Assembly (NCBI GenBank): GCA_016931955.1
Contig: JAFGDV010000010.1
Coordinates: 1 to 24,772, forward strand
Reading direction: 5' to 3'
DNA length: 24,772 bases
Source of the DNA: Candidatus Altiarchaeota archaeon
Lineage (GTDB): Archaea; Altiarchaeota; Altiarchaeia; IMC4; QMZM01
Positions 1 through 9,502 of this stretch are shown piece by piece. The translations under genes and the position numbers were made by a program. How positions within the stretch are numbered: position 1 is the first letter of the stretch; the number at the start of each line of letters is the position of its first letter. The notes under the pieces were generated by a model. The model was not told the origin of the DNA, searched no databases, and saw nothing but the letters and a program-made list of their open reading frames with translations.

Positions 1-2223
1 CCAAGCTCAGTAATACACGTCTTCAGAGTGAATCAGACACCTAATAGACCACCTAACAGACCAAATCTGAACTCTCCTAAGAATGACAGCTACGTCAACA
101 AAAAATATGTCTTGCTGAACTGGACCTGCACGGACCCCGACGGAGACAACATGACAGCATACATATACGGCGGAAACGAGACACTACAGCTCATAAACAC
201 CACCTCGAACTACGCGAACAACTCCTCTTACACGTTTAACTGGACGGGACTGAATGAGTCAATGTATTACTGGAAGGTGGTATGCAACGACTCTGCCTTA
301 GCGAATACTTCAGATACCTACAAGTTTACAGTAGACTGGACTGCGCCAACCACCAACGCCTCCGCGGTAAACGAAAATGGCTCAGTTTACGTGTTCGGCA
401 CATGGACCAGCTCCAGTTACGTGAACGTGACCTTGAGCTGCTCTGATACCGGCTCAGGATGCGACAAGATCCTTTACTGTATGGATCTAGTAGACTCCTG
501 TAATGCAAGTGATTCATATATATGGCCAGTCAATGTCAGCGTTGAGGGTACGAACTACGTCCGGTTCAGGTCGAATGACTCCGCAGGAAACCTTGAGGGC
601 ATAAATTCAGTGATAATAGGGATAAACACCTCCTCGGGCAGCATAGGGACATCACTCAGCTGCGGAGACCTGAATGAATCAGGAAAAACATACGTTCTCG
701 ATCAAGACGTTTCCTCTAGCGGAACCTGTTTCACAATAAGAAACTACAGCATCACATTAGACTGTCAAGGCCATAGGATTGATTACGCGAACAACTCTGT
801 AGGCTACGGCGTGAACGATTCAATGGGATATGACAATATAACCATCAAAAACTGTACGATTGCGCAGGAGCAAGCCGCATACGATGACTCCCATGCAGTC
901 TACTTTTATGATGTGACGGATTCTGTTATAGCAGCTAGTGAGATAAAGACATCCGGTTCTAATTCAACGGGGATATTTCTTGGGGCTGACTCAGACTCAA
1001 ACACGATAAGAGACAACAAAATCAAAAACCTGGAAGCGCATGCAATATATCTGAATGGATCCTCCACTAGTTACCCAGACAACAACCTCATCTACAACAA
1101 CCTGATAAACAGCTCACATCAGATAGGCTTCTATGGAACAGTAGGCAATAATGCCTGGAATACTACACTGCAGCTGGGTGGGAGGGTGGACGGCATAGGT
1201 AACCTGATTGGAGGAAACTACTACACCTATCCAACAGGTAGCGGATACTCTGAAAAGTGCGTGGACTCCAACCATAATGGATTCTGCGATAAACAATTCA
1301 ACATGACAAACGACACGAAAAACATCGACTACCACCCCTTGAGCGACAACAAGAGCTACTGCGGAAACAATGGGATAGAAGGTGTGGAAACATGTGAGTC
1401 AACTGGCAGTATTGGCTACCTTTATGTGGGGGGGGATTCCTGCGCAGACCATGGAATCTTTAACATGGGTTCACTTGATTGTGTCTCCTGCACCATCGAC
1501 ACCAGCGGTTGCTGGCTTCAGACAGGCGGCGGAGGGGGGGGAGGTGGTGGTGGCGGAGGCATCGTGAATCCTCCTCAAGCCACGTGCTTTGATGGAATAC
1601 AGAATCAAGGAGAAGATGATGTGGACTGCGGAGGACCATGCGCGGCTTGTATGGGCTGCAGTGATGGAGTGCAGAATCAAGGCGAAACAGGGATAGACTG
1701 CGGCGGACCATGCCAGCCCTGCGCCGCCACCACAACCAGCTCAATTCCGGAGACGACCACGACGCTGGCAGGCGGCGTTACCACTGGCATAGGAAACCGC
1801 ACAATTGGGGGTGGCGGCCCAATAGGCACGAATCCTGCGGTAACCGTGGTGACGACAACAACCACTACCTCAACAACAACCGCGACAACGCCGACGCAGA
1901 CCAAGAATACAGAAGAAGCCATCAAAGTAGTTGAAGCAGTCCAGAAACAATTCCAGGGATTCGTTTCAGGCGTCTACGAGATCGTGTCAGCGAATCCAGG
2001 TGGATCCAGCGCCTCAGCCCTTGGATTATTCGGGCTATTGTACTTATACTATAGAAAAACAAGATCAACCAGTTTGGGGAGAGAAGCGGAAAAGGTTAAG
2101 AAAGAAGTGGAGGGAAGGAGGGAAAAAACCACCCATCCACAACCGAAAGACAAGAAAAAGACTACTAGTTCTCACGCAAAAGATAAGAAGAATACTACTC
2201 GCTCTCACTCGAAAGCTCTTTGA
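1..2223 (+). CDS. Large membrane-anchored surface glycoprotein, 5'-partial (Ig-like domains, NosD-like right-handed beta-helix, Cys-rich repeats, Gly/Thr linker, C-terminal TM)
   Basis: Frame is open from base 1, so the true start lies upstream. Many N-x-S/T sequons, beta-helix-like repeats (ITLDCQGH..I, NNLIYNN), CxDGIQNQGExxxDCGGPC x2, poly-Gly, Thr-rich stalk, hydrophobic ALGLFGLLYLYY, then a basic tail. Confidence 0.85.
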   Translation, partial: PSSVIHVFRVNQTPNRPPNRPNLNSPKNDSYVNKKYVLLNWTCTDPDGDNMTAYIYGGNETLQLINTTSNYANNSSYTFNWTGLNESMYYWKVVCNDSALANTSDTYKFTVDWTAPTTNASAVNENGSVYVFGTWTSSSYVNVTLSCSDTGSGCDKILYCMDLVDSCNASDSYIWPVNVSVEGTNYVRFRSNDSAGNLEGINSVIIGINTSSGSIGTSLSCGDLNESGKTYVLDQDVSSSGTCFTIRNYSITLDCQGHRIDYANNSVGYGVNDSMGYDNITIKNCTIAQEQAAYDDSHAVYFYDVTDSVIAASEIKTSGSNSTGIFLGADSDSNTIRDNKIKNLEAHAIYLNGSSTSYPDNNLIYNNLINSSHQIGFYGTVGNNAWNTTLQLGGRVDGIGNLIGGNYYTYPTGSGYSEKCVDSNHNGFCDKQFNMTNDTKNIDYHPLSDNKSYCGNNGIEGVETCESTGSIGYLYVGGDSCADHGIFNMGSLDCVSCTIDTSGCWLQTGGGGGGGGGGGGIVNPPQATCFDGIQNQGEDDVDCGGPCAACMGCSDGVQNQGETGIDCGGPCQPCAATTTSSIPETTTTLAGGVTTGIGNRTIGGGGPIGTNPAVTVVTTTTTTSTTTATTPTQTKNTEEAIKVVEAVQKQFQGFVSGVYEIVSANPGGSSASALGLFGLLYLYYRKTRSTSLGREAEKVKKEVEGRREKTTHPQPKDKKKTTSSHAKDKKNTTRSHSKAL

Positions 2224-2914
2224 TCTTGGCTTCTATTTCGATCAGGCTCTTCTGGTAGTCTCTCATGATCTCTCTGAAGCTTTCTTCGTCTATTTTTCTT
2301 TTATGGTATTTGGTCTTCGTGATGTTGATCATGTACTCTATTCTGGCTTTCTCTTTCTTCAGCACTGAGATCTCGTCCATGGGTTCCCCTTCAGCAAGCT
2401 TTTCTTCGATGCTCTTCTTCTCGGCCTCTAAGTCTTTCTCTAATTCCCTCATCCTCCTCTTTCTTAGATAGAGTTGGTCTACAAGTATTACAGCGAGGAT
2501 TATTACTGCAACTATTACGACGATTAGGAAACCATCGCCTCCAACGATATCGCCGCCGCTGACGCTTTTCACGCTTTTCACGCTTATATCGAAGTCGACC
2601 TTCTGGATGTATCCTTCCCCAATGTAGACCGTCTGACGGGGGTTGACATTGCCAAGGCGGACATAGATGTCGTAGGTGTCGCCCGCCGGAACCGAGGTAT
2701 TATAGTAGCCCCTGATGTCAGTATACAGCGCAACCACTGGTTTGCTGTGGTCTGTGGAGGAAAAGATCTCCACTGCTATGTCGTCGAGGGGCTTCCCTGT
2801 GTCTGTGTCTATCACGTAACCGTGGATGGTTGCGTTCGATGCTGCATCGGCTGACGCGCATATGAGCATCAGGGAGAATATCAAGTGAAGCAAGCAAGAT
2901 TTTTTTATATCCAT
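2195..2914 (-). CDS. Membrane protein with carboxypeptidase-regulatory-like (transthyretin-fold) domain and cytoplasmic coiled coil
   Basis: Signal peptide, IHGYVIDTDTGKPL...TDIRGYY motif, TM helix (FLIVVIVAVIILAVILV), charged helical C-terminus. Confidence 0.8.
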   Translation of the reverse strand: MDIKKSCLLHLIFSLMLICASADAASNATIHGYVIDTDTGKPLDDIAVEIFSSTDHSKPVVALYTDIRGYYNTSVPAGDTYDIYVRLGNVNPRQTVYIGEGYIQKVDFDISVKSVKSVSGGDIVGGDGFLIVVIVAVIILAVILVDQLYLRKRRMRELEKDLEAEKKSIEEKLAEGEPMDEISVLKKEKARIEYMINITKTKYHKRKIDEESFREIMRDYQKSLIEIEAKIKELSSESE

Positions 2915-2953
2915 TGTATCTTAATTTATCATAGTTGTATAAATACATTTCTA

Positions 2954-4267
2954 ATGATGAAGACCGTTCTCTCGATTGCGGGCTCAGACTCCTGCGGCGG
3001 CGCAGGCGTGCAGCAGGACCTTAAGACCTTCACTGCTTACAGGCTTCATGGAGCATCTGTTATCGCTGCAGTAACCGCCCAGAACACCCTTGGAGTGCAG
3101 GAGGTATTCGTCTTGCCGTTGGACATCATAGAGGCGCAGATTGATTCCGTGATGTCTGATCTTAAACCATCTGCTGTGAAGACTGGGATGCTGGCTAATA
3201 CGGAGATAATAGATCTTGTGCGCAGGAAGATCAAGCAGTATAGAATATGTAATCTCGTCGTTGACCCAGTCATGGTCTCTACCTCAGGGGACCGGTTGCT
3301 TGAGGGGGAAGCCGTCTCTTCCATGAAGAAATTTGTCAAGGCTGCGAAGCTGTCGACGCCGAACATATACGAGGCTGAAATCCTATCGGGGGTGAGGGTA
3401 GAGACTGAGAGGGATATGGAATTAGCAGCCTCTAAACTCGGTGACTGTGTGGTGAAAGGCGGCCACCTTTATGGGATGGACATCCTCTGCTTTGAGGATG
3501 AGATCTATCGTTTCCCTACAAAAGAACTCAAGGATGTCAGACTGCATGGCACTGGCTGCGCCTTCTCTGCTGCGATAGCCTCTGGTCTGGCATTAGGCTT
3601 TGAAGTCCCTAAGGCGGTGGCTGAGGCGAAGGACTTCATGGACTCCATAATCAGCAGGAATTATTCTCCCGGCTCTGGGTTGAGGGTTATAGACACTGCA
3701 GGGATAAGGCTTGGAGTGACCTATGAGGACTCTGAGAGGGATGCTGTCGTACAGAACGTCGAGGACGCCGTCTATAGATTCATAGCAAGCAAGCATTCAC
3801 ATAAGTTGATGCCCGAGGTCGGAGTCAACATCGCGATGGCTTTGGATGGCACGAAGGTCATAGATGAGGTCGCAGGAGTAAGCGGCAGACTGGTGCGTTG
3901 TGGGAGAAGAGTCATACCAGTCGGCTTTGTGATGTTCGGGGGTTCCTCGCATATAGGCAGAGTCATTCTGACTGCGATGAAATCCGCCCCAGAGAAGAGG
4001 GCTGCTATGAATATCCGCTTCTCTGAGGGGATCCTGGGTATTTGTGAGAAGCTGGGTCTGAGTATTTCATCCTTCAGCAGAAAGAAGCAGCCTGAGGACA
4101 CACCGACGATGGAGTGGGGCACCTCTGAGGCGATAAAGAAGCTCGGCGGAATCCCGGACATCATCTACGATAAAGGGGCTATTGGAAAAGAAGCCATGAT
4201 CCGTATCCTTGGAATAGATGCTGTTTCAGTCGTAGAATTGGCCGTGAGGATAGCTGAACGCTTGTAG
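2954..4267 (+). CDS. thiD: Bifunctional hydroxymethylpyrimidine/phosphomethylpyrimidine kinase - thiamine-phosphate synthase (ThiDN)
   Basis: VLSIAGSDSCGGAGVQQDLKT, TAQNTLGV, VVDPVMVS, HGTGCAFSAAI, plus C-terminal ThiN domain (PEVGVNI, FGGSSH, GKEAMIRILG). Start moved to ATG 2954/2957. Confidence 0.95.
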   Translation: MMKTVLSIAGSDSCGGAGVQQDLKTFTAYRLHGASVIAAVTAQNTLGVQEVFVLPLDIIEAQIDSVMSDLKPSAVKTGMLANTEIIDLVRRKIKQYRICNLVVDPVMVSTSGDRLLEGEAVSSMKKFVKAAKLSTPNIYEAEILSGVRVETERDMELAASKLGDCVVKGGHLYGMDILCFEDEIYRFPTKELKDVRLHGTGCAFSAAIASGLALGFEVPKAVAEAKDFMDSIISRNYSPGSGLRVIDTAGIRLGVTYEDSERDAVVQNVEDAVYRFIASKHSHKLMPEVGVNIAMALDGTKVIDEVAGVSGRLVRCGRRVIPVGFVMFGGSSHIGRVILTAMKSAPEKRAAMNIRFSEGILGICEKLGLSISSFSRKKQPEDTPTMEWGTSEAIKKLGGIPDIIYDKGAIGKEAMIRILGIDAVSVVELAVRIAERL

Positions 4268-4729
4268 TCAGTACCCAACAGTACCCGTAATCCTTCCTGT
4301 TGAGTTTCTTTGAAGGACAGTACCTGCCACCCTCTCATAGTGAGTGATTGTCACGTCAGTTGAAAAAGATTCCCATGGATTTTTTGGATTGCAGTCGACG
4401 GATACGGTTGATGTTTCCAATGCCTTGAGTTCGCTTATGTAGTGGGTTTGTCCTGCGCAGTCGCCGGTGAAGGAAAAGCTTATGTTCTCAATTGATGTGC
4501 CCACAGCGTTTATTGCAACAAAGGACAATGTTCCATCATCCTTGTACTGGATGCTGCGGTCGAATGCTGTGACTTGTGTGAATCCCATAGCCCTATTTGT
4601 CCCAGAATCGCCTGCTGTGAAGGTTCCGAGCTGCCAGAGTACCACCCCTCCAACCAATAGAAAGAAAAAGCCAACAACTGCGATTACAACCACGGCTATG
4701 ATAACCATGACCGCGGTCTTCTTCTCCAT
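4268..4729 (-). CDS. Pilin-like small membrane-anchored protein
   Basis: Long N-terminal hydrophobic segment ending GVVLWQLGTF, then a beta-rich domain with a Cys pair and terminal G-x-I-x-G. Resembles archaeal pilin-like proteins, but no class III cleavage motif is visible. Confidence 0.6.
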   Translation of the reverse strand: MEKKTAVMVIIAVVVIAVVGFFFLLVGGVVLWQLGTFTAGDSGTNRAMGFTQVTAFDRSIQYKDDGTLSFVAINAVGTSIENISFSFTGDCAGQTHYISELKALETSTVSVDCNPKNPWESFSTDVTITHYERVAGTVLQRNSTGRITGTVGY

Positions 4730-4739
4730 TTCTTAGAAG

Positions 4740-4985
4740 TCAGTCTTTTACGACGACTACCTTGCTGACCGCGTTCACTGAGTCGTAGGGGATTATGAGG
4801 TTGCCGTCTTTGTCTTTTGGGTAGGCTATCTTCGGCAGTTCCTCACCGACGGGCTCCACTATCAGGGATATGAACTGCCCTGTTTTTTCGTCGATGACTA
4901 TGTCGTCTACGCGTCCGAGTTCTTCGCCACTTACCGTGATAACTGGTTTCCCACCCAGCTGCCTTGCGATTATATAGGTAACCAT
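4740..4985 (-). CDS. PRC-barrel domain protein
   Basis: LGGKPVITVSGEELGRVDDIVIDEKTG...IPYDSVNAVSKVVVV matches the archaeal PRC-barrel pattern. Confidence 0.9.
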   Translation of the reverse strand: MVTYIIARQLGGKPVITVSGEELGRVDDIVIDEKTGQFISLIVEPVGEELPKIAYPKDKDGNLIIPYDSVNAVSKVVVVKD

Positions 4986-5068
4986 CTTTTTAAGCCTCCA
5001 GACATAGGAGTCTGACTTATATTATTCTATTTATTAGAATATATATCCTTAAAAATGTACTGGGAAAA

Positions 5069-5986
5069 ATGATTCCTTCTGATGTCAGGGATGTACTGCT
5101 ACATCAGCATTATCACCTTGTTGGCGGACACTCTGCGGTCAAATTATGCCTCTGGACGAAGAAGAGTATTCAAGACCAGGGCTACTGTTATAAACAGAAG
5201 TTCTACGGCATCCAAAGCCACCGCTGCCTGCAGATGACACCCGCAGTTACGTGGTGCACGCAAAAATGCGTGTTCTGCTGGCGTAGCACGGAACACACCC
5301 TCGGAACCGCCTTGCAGGAAATCGACGACCCGGGAGAGATCATAGATGGAGCAATAATCGCCCAGAGGAGGCTCCTCAGCGGCTTCGGCGGAATACCTGA
5401 AAGAATAAACCAGAGAAAGCTCAAGGAGGCACAGGATCCTAATCAGGCTGCTATCTCTCTCTCAGGGGAGCCCACCATCTATCCAAGACTGTCTGAACTC
5501 ATAGGGGAGTTCACGAGGAGGGATTTCACCACCTTCCTCGTGACCAATGGAACACTGCCTCAGAGGCTCAATTCACTGGATAAGATGCCTACGCAACTCT
5601 ACGTTTCCCTCGACGCCCCCGATGAAGAAACCTATCAAAGGGTCTGCAATCCCCTGATTCCAGACGGCTGGGATAGGCTGCAGGAGACCCTCGAACTCCT
5701 CCCCTCCCTCAAAACTAGAAAGGTCATCCGGATAACGCTGGTCAAGGACTGGAACATGCACGACGTTGAAGGCTACAGCAGACTTATCAAGAAGGCTGAG
5801 CCGGACTTCGTCGAAGCCAAGGCCTTCATGCTGCTCGGGGGCTCAAGGAAAAGGTTGAGCTTAGAGAACATGCCCTCCTTCCATGAAGTGCTTGCGTTCT
5901 CTGAAAAACTGGCTTCGAAGATAGACTACGAGCTTGCTGACCAGAAAGAAGACAGCCGAGTCGTCCTTTTATCCAAGAAGGGGTAG
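5069..5986 (+). CDS. taw1: 4-demethylwyosine synthase TYW1 (radical SAM)
   Basis: HSAVKLCLWTK, CYKQKFYGIQSHRCLQMTP, CxxxCxxC (CTQKCVFC), AISLSGEPT. Confidence 0.97.
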   Translation: MIPSDVRDVLLHQHYHLVGGHSAVKLCLWTKKSIQDQGYCYKQKFYGIQSHRCLQMTPAVTWCTQKCVFCWRSTEHTLGTALQEIDDPGEIIDGAIIAQRRLLSGFGGIPERINQRKLKEAQDPNQAAISLSGEPTIYPRLSELIGEFTRRDFTTFLVTNGTLPQRLNSLDKMPTQLYVSLDAPDEETYQRVCNPLIPDGWDRLQETLELLPSLKTRKVIRITLVKDWNMHDVEGYSRLIKKAEPDFVEAKAFMLLGGSRKRLSLENMPSFHEVLAFSEKLASKIDYELADQKEDSRVVLLSKKG

Positions 5987-6027
5987 AGAACATATATATA
6001 TACTAATCTGCTAAATGAGTTTATACC

Positions 6028-7521
6028 ATGTCTGAAGCAATCGACGCCTATGGGTATATCAAGATTTTGAGGAGTGACGGCGGCGAACTGCCAGTTTACA
6101 CCGTAAAACCGCCGCAGTTTTCCCTGGAAGAGCTCAAGATCGTGGAAAACCCCACAGACCTTATGGGGGACTATAAGAGCATCTTAGCGAGGCTTGATGT
6201 CTTCAGGACGTCTATTGAGAAGGAAAACTTCCTCAACAGCTACATCAGACAGCACCTTGAGGGAAGGGAGGTGTCGCCTGAAAACATGGACCGCGTTGTC
6301 TCAATGATAATGGACAAGATCTTCTTCGGCTATGGGAAGCTGGGTCCGATGATGAGGGATGACAACCTTGAGGAGATAATGGTTAATGGAGTCGACATAC
6401 CAGTCTTCGTGGTCCACCGAAGCCACGGGATGTGCCTTACGAACATCGTATACGAAACCAATGAGGAACTGCAGGAGTTGATTGAGTGGCTTTCGAGGAA
6501 CGCCCACAGGGAGATAAGCCAAAAAAGCCCCCTCCTGGACGGTCACATGCCAGACGGCAGCAGGGCGAACGTCGCCATATCCCCTGCGTCGCCTAAGGGG
6601 CCTGCTATAACCATAAGAAGATTCCGGAGGGATCCATTCACCATCCTCGACTTGATAGCGAAGAGAAGCCTGAGCTCTGAATTGGCTGCTTTCCTGTGGG
6701 TCTGCGTTGAAGGCTTCGGCATCCACCCCTGCAATATATTGATCGCTGGGGGCTCCGGGAGCGGTAAGACAACTCTACTAAACTCCTTGATCATGTTCAC
6801 CCCACAGTACGAGCGAGTGGTGACGATAGAGGACACCCTGGAGCTTAACTTCAACTTCCTGAAGAACTGGGTTCCACTGGAGGCTAACCCGTCCCTCATA
6901 GAGAAAACTGAGGGAACAATAGACATGCAGACATTGGTGGAGAACTCCCTCAGGATGCGACCGGACAGGGTAGTGGTTGGAGAGATAAGGGGTAAAGAGG
7001 CTGAGACGTTATTCGTTGCCATGGACATCGGCTTGAACGGCTGCATGGGTACTGTGCATTCCAATACCGCCAAGGAGACCACGATAAGGCTTACAAGCGA
7101 TCCCATGAACCTGCCTGTGAGGATGTTCCCCCTGCTTGACCTGATCGTAGTAGTCAATAGACGCTTCGACAAAAACAAGGGCTTGGTGCGTAGAATCACT
7201 GAAGTGGGTGAGGTGGCCGGCTTAGAGGGTGAAGTGGTTCAGATAGGTCAGATCTACAAGCTTAACCCAAAGACTGAGGAGATCGCCAGAACAGAGTACC
7301 CAATACTGCTTACAGAAAAGATTGCCAGAAACTGCAGGCTTACCAAGCAGCAGGTCAACGTGGAGATCCTGAAGCGTAGGCTGGTCCTTGAAGCCATGAT
7401 GAAGAACAACATCCGGGGCCAAACAGATGTGATAAGGACCTTCCAAGAATACCACAAGAACCCTGACGCCGTTATCCTGAAACTGGGGGTTGCTGAGATG
7501 ATACACAACCAGAAGACTTAG
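6028..7521 (+). CDS. Type II/IV secretion system ATPase (CpaF/VirB11/FlaI-like)
   Basis: [14 protein letters not shown], Walker A GGSGSGKT, Asp box [23 protein letters not shown] Walker B, GTVHS. Confidence 0.93.
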   Translation: MSEAIDAYGYIKILRSDGGELPVYTVKPPQFSLEELKIVENPTDLMGDYKSILARLDVFRTSIEKENFLNSYIRQHLEGREVSPENMDRVVSMIMDKIFFGYGKLGPMMRDDNLEEIMVNGVDIPVFVVHRSHGMCLTNIVYETNEELQELIEWLSRNAHREISQKSPLLDGHMPDGSRANVAISPASPKGPAITIRRFRRDPFTILDLIAKRSLSSELAAFLWVCVEGFGIHPCNILIAGGSGSGKTTLLNSLIMFTPQYERVVTIEDTLELNFNFLKNWVPLEANPSLIEKTEGTIDMQTLVENSLRMRPDRVVVGEIRGKEAETLFVAMDIGLNGCMGTVHSNTAKETTIRLTSDPMNLPVRMFPLLDLIVVVNRRFDKNKGLVRRITEVGEVAGLEGEVVQIGQIYKLNPKTEEIARTEYPILLTEKIARNCRLTKQQVNVEILKRRLVLEAMMKNNIRGQTDVIRTFQEYHKNPDAVILKLGVAEMIHNQKT

Positions 7522-7928
7522 TAGACGTCTTCTGGCTCGAATACCTTCTTTCCAGTAACCTCGAATCTTCTACCCTTTATCTTCCTGTAGAAACACGACC
7601 TGTATCCTGTATGGCATGCCCCGCCCTTCTGTTCCACCTTGAAGAGGAGCGCGTCTCCGTCGCAGTCTACGTAGAGTTCCTTGACCTCTTGTACGTGACC
7701 TGAACTTTCTCCCTTCATCCACAGCGTTTTCCTGCTTGTAGAGTAGTAGTGCATCTTCCCTGTCTCAAGGGTCTTTTTTATTGCATCCATGTTGGCGTAA
7801 GCCACCATCAAGACCTCATCTGTTTTATGGTCCTGTGCGATAGCCAATACAAGATCGGGATTACCGTCAACCTCCCTGAACTTCAGCGACTTAGATAGGA
7901 ATTCAGCGTCGGCATTTATACTCTCCAT
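7518..7928 (-). CDS. hisI: Phosphoribosyl-AMP cyclohydrolase
   Basis: [42 protein letters not shown]. Confidence 0.97.
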   Translation of the reverse strand: MESINADAEFLSKSLKFREVDGNPDLVLAIAQDHKTDEVLMVAYANMDAIKKTLETGKMHYYSTSRKTLWMKGESSGHVQEVKELYVDCDGDALLFKVEQKGGACHTGYRSCFYRKIKGRRFEVTGKKVFEPEDVY

Positions 7929-7958
7929 AACATATAATTAGTATCCGAAATTATAAAG

Positions 7959-8312
7959 ATGGTAGACGGAAAGAAGGATAACAGAAGGCACACAGGGGCG
8001 AAAAAGCAGACCGGTGGAGAGGACGAGCTAATACGCGTCCGTGTTCCTAGACGCGGCCAGATTCTGGGCGAGGTCGAGCAGCTTCTCGGAGACAGGAGGA
8101 TGAGTGTCCGCTGCACCGACGGCCACACAAGGCTTTGCAGGATACCTGGCAAGATCAGGAGAAGGATTTGGATCAAGGAGGGTAATATCGTCCTCGTCGA
8201 GCCATGGGAGGTTCAGACCAATGAGAGAGGAGATATCCTGTGGAGGTACACCTACCAGCAGGCTGAGTGGCTGGAGAGGAAGGGCTACCTGAAAAGCCTG
8301 GAAGGGGACTGA
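7959..8312 (+). CDS. eif1a: Translation initiation factor aIF-1A
   Basis: VEQLLG..RMSVRCTDGHTRLCRIPGKIRRRIWIKEG, GDILWRYT. Confidence 0.96.
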   Translation: MVDGKKDNRRHTGAKKQTGGEDELIRVRVPRRGQILGEVEQLLGDRRMSVRCTDGHTRLCRIPGKIRRRIWIKEGNIVLVEPWEVQTNERGDILWRYTYQQAEWLERKGYLKSLEGD

Positions 8313-8322
8313 TTCTGGAGCT

Positions 8323-9027
8323 ATGATCAAACAGACTGAATACGAGCTTAGGAAGATTTCTGAGGGCGTCTTCGACAGATCGACGCTGATGACCCTCTAT
8401 GATCTCTCAAAAAAGAACCTCATCAGAGAGCTAAAAAGCATCGTCGCCACAGGCAAGGAATCGAATGTCTACCATGGCCTACTGAATCGAGAAGAGATCG
8501 CCGTAAAGATCTACTTGGTAGAGACCTCAGACTTCAAGACCATGGAGAAGTATCTGAGGGGTGACAGGCGTTTTTCCTCCTGGAAGAACCACCGTCATCT
8601 CATCTATAACTGGGCTAAGAAGGAGTTCAAGAACCTCTCAAGACTTCAGAGCGTAGTAAGATGCCCTAAGCCTATAGGAGTCGAAAACAACGTGCTGGTG
8701 ATGGAGTTCATCGGCGAAGACGGAATCGCGGCCCAGAGATTGAAGGATTCCCCGCCAGAAAACCCTAAGAGATTCTTCAGGAAGATCAAACAGTATATGA
8801 AAGCCATGTATAAGCAGGGAATCATTCATGGCGACCTCTCCGAATACAACATCCTCAACTGGGGCGAACCTGTGATTATCGACCTCTCGATGGGTGTTCT
8901 CCTCGACCACCCATTGGCTGAGGAGCTTTTAAGGAGGGATATCAGAAATGTCCTGAACTACTTCAGGAAGTTCGGCATAGAAGAAGACGAAGAGAAAGTC
9001 CTTGATTTCGTGAGGAAGAAATGTTGA
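8323..9027 (+). CDS. rio1: RIO1-type serine/threonine kinase
   Basis: ATGKESNVY, AVKIY, WAKKEFKNL, LVMEFIG, HGDLSEYNIL, IIDLSMGV; lies directly after aIF-1A. Confidence 0.93.
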   Translation: MIKQTEYELRKISEGVFDRSTLMTLYDLSKKNLIRELKSIVATGKESNVYHGLLNREEIAVKIYLVETSDFKTMEKYLRGDRRFSSWKNHRHLIYNWAKKEFKNLSRLQSVVRCPKPIGVENNVLVMEFIGEDGIAAQRLKDSPPENPKRFFRKIKQYMKAMYKQGIIHGDLSEYNILNWGEPVIIDLSMGVLLDHPLAEELLRRDIRNVLNYFRKFGIEEDEEKVLDFVRKKC

Positions 9028-9440
9028 CTGAAAGGATCAGTGCCTTGGGCCACCGTAATGTTTCAGCCAGGCATGAGACCACCTTTGAGGTTACTAAAGA
9101 AAAGCATCTGACGCCTCGAGGAGACTGTATCATTTCCGTTTCTGCAGACAAGGCATTCCCTGAACTTTCAGAGGAATTCAAGAAAACGCTCAGGGGGGAT
9201 GACACCGTCCTTGAGATAACGATAAGCTGCGCCGGCTTATCTGAAAAGGTCATCGCCCACGGAAGCTGCGATCTGCAGCTGTCTCATCCAACCGATCTCG
9301 TTGTTAGGAGGAGCTCCTTCATCTGTGAGAGGACGCTTGCAATTAGGGCTGACAAGGCTGCCATAGATTTCAACAGAGAGCTTGTGAAGAGCCTGTCAGA
9401 GAATAATCCAGTAGAAATCGAACTGAGAATACTGGACTGA
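9021..9440 (+). CDS. DUF371 domain protein
   Basis: GHRNVSARHETTFEVTKE.HLTPRGDCII, DLVVRRSSF..ERTL.IRADKAA. Confidence 0.9.
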   Translation: MLTERISALGHRNVSARHETTFEVTKEKHLTPRGDCIISVSADKAFPELSEEFKKTLRGDDTVLEITISCAGLSEKVIAHGSCDLQLSHPTDLVVRRSSFICERTLAIRADKAAIDFNRELVKSLSENNPVEIELRILD

Positions 9441-9502
9441 GATTTATTGCACTATTTCCAATGAAGTACATGGTCTTAGGACTACGTTCCCACTGATTGA
9501 GA

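Noticed and set aside
2564-2585. 9-bp microduplication (VKSVKS), and similar PNRPPNRP near 40-66
   Set aside because: Trivial in-frame slippage in linkers.
2885-2953. Longer thiD start, or a TPP riboswitch upstream of thiD
   Set aside because: The extension overlaps the divergent gene and homology starts at MKTVLSIAG; the 39-bp gap leaves no room for a riboswitch.
6301-7508. Several antisense ORFs within the ATPase and other housekeeping genes
   Set aside because: Fully overlapped by confidently identified genes and lacking motifs.
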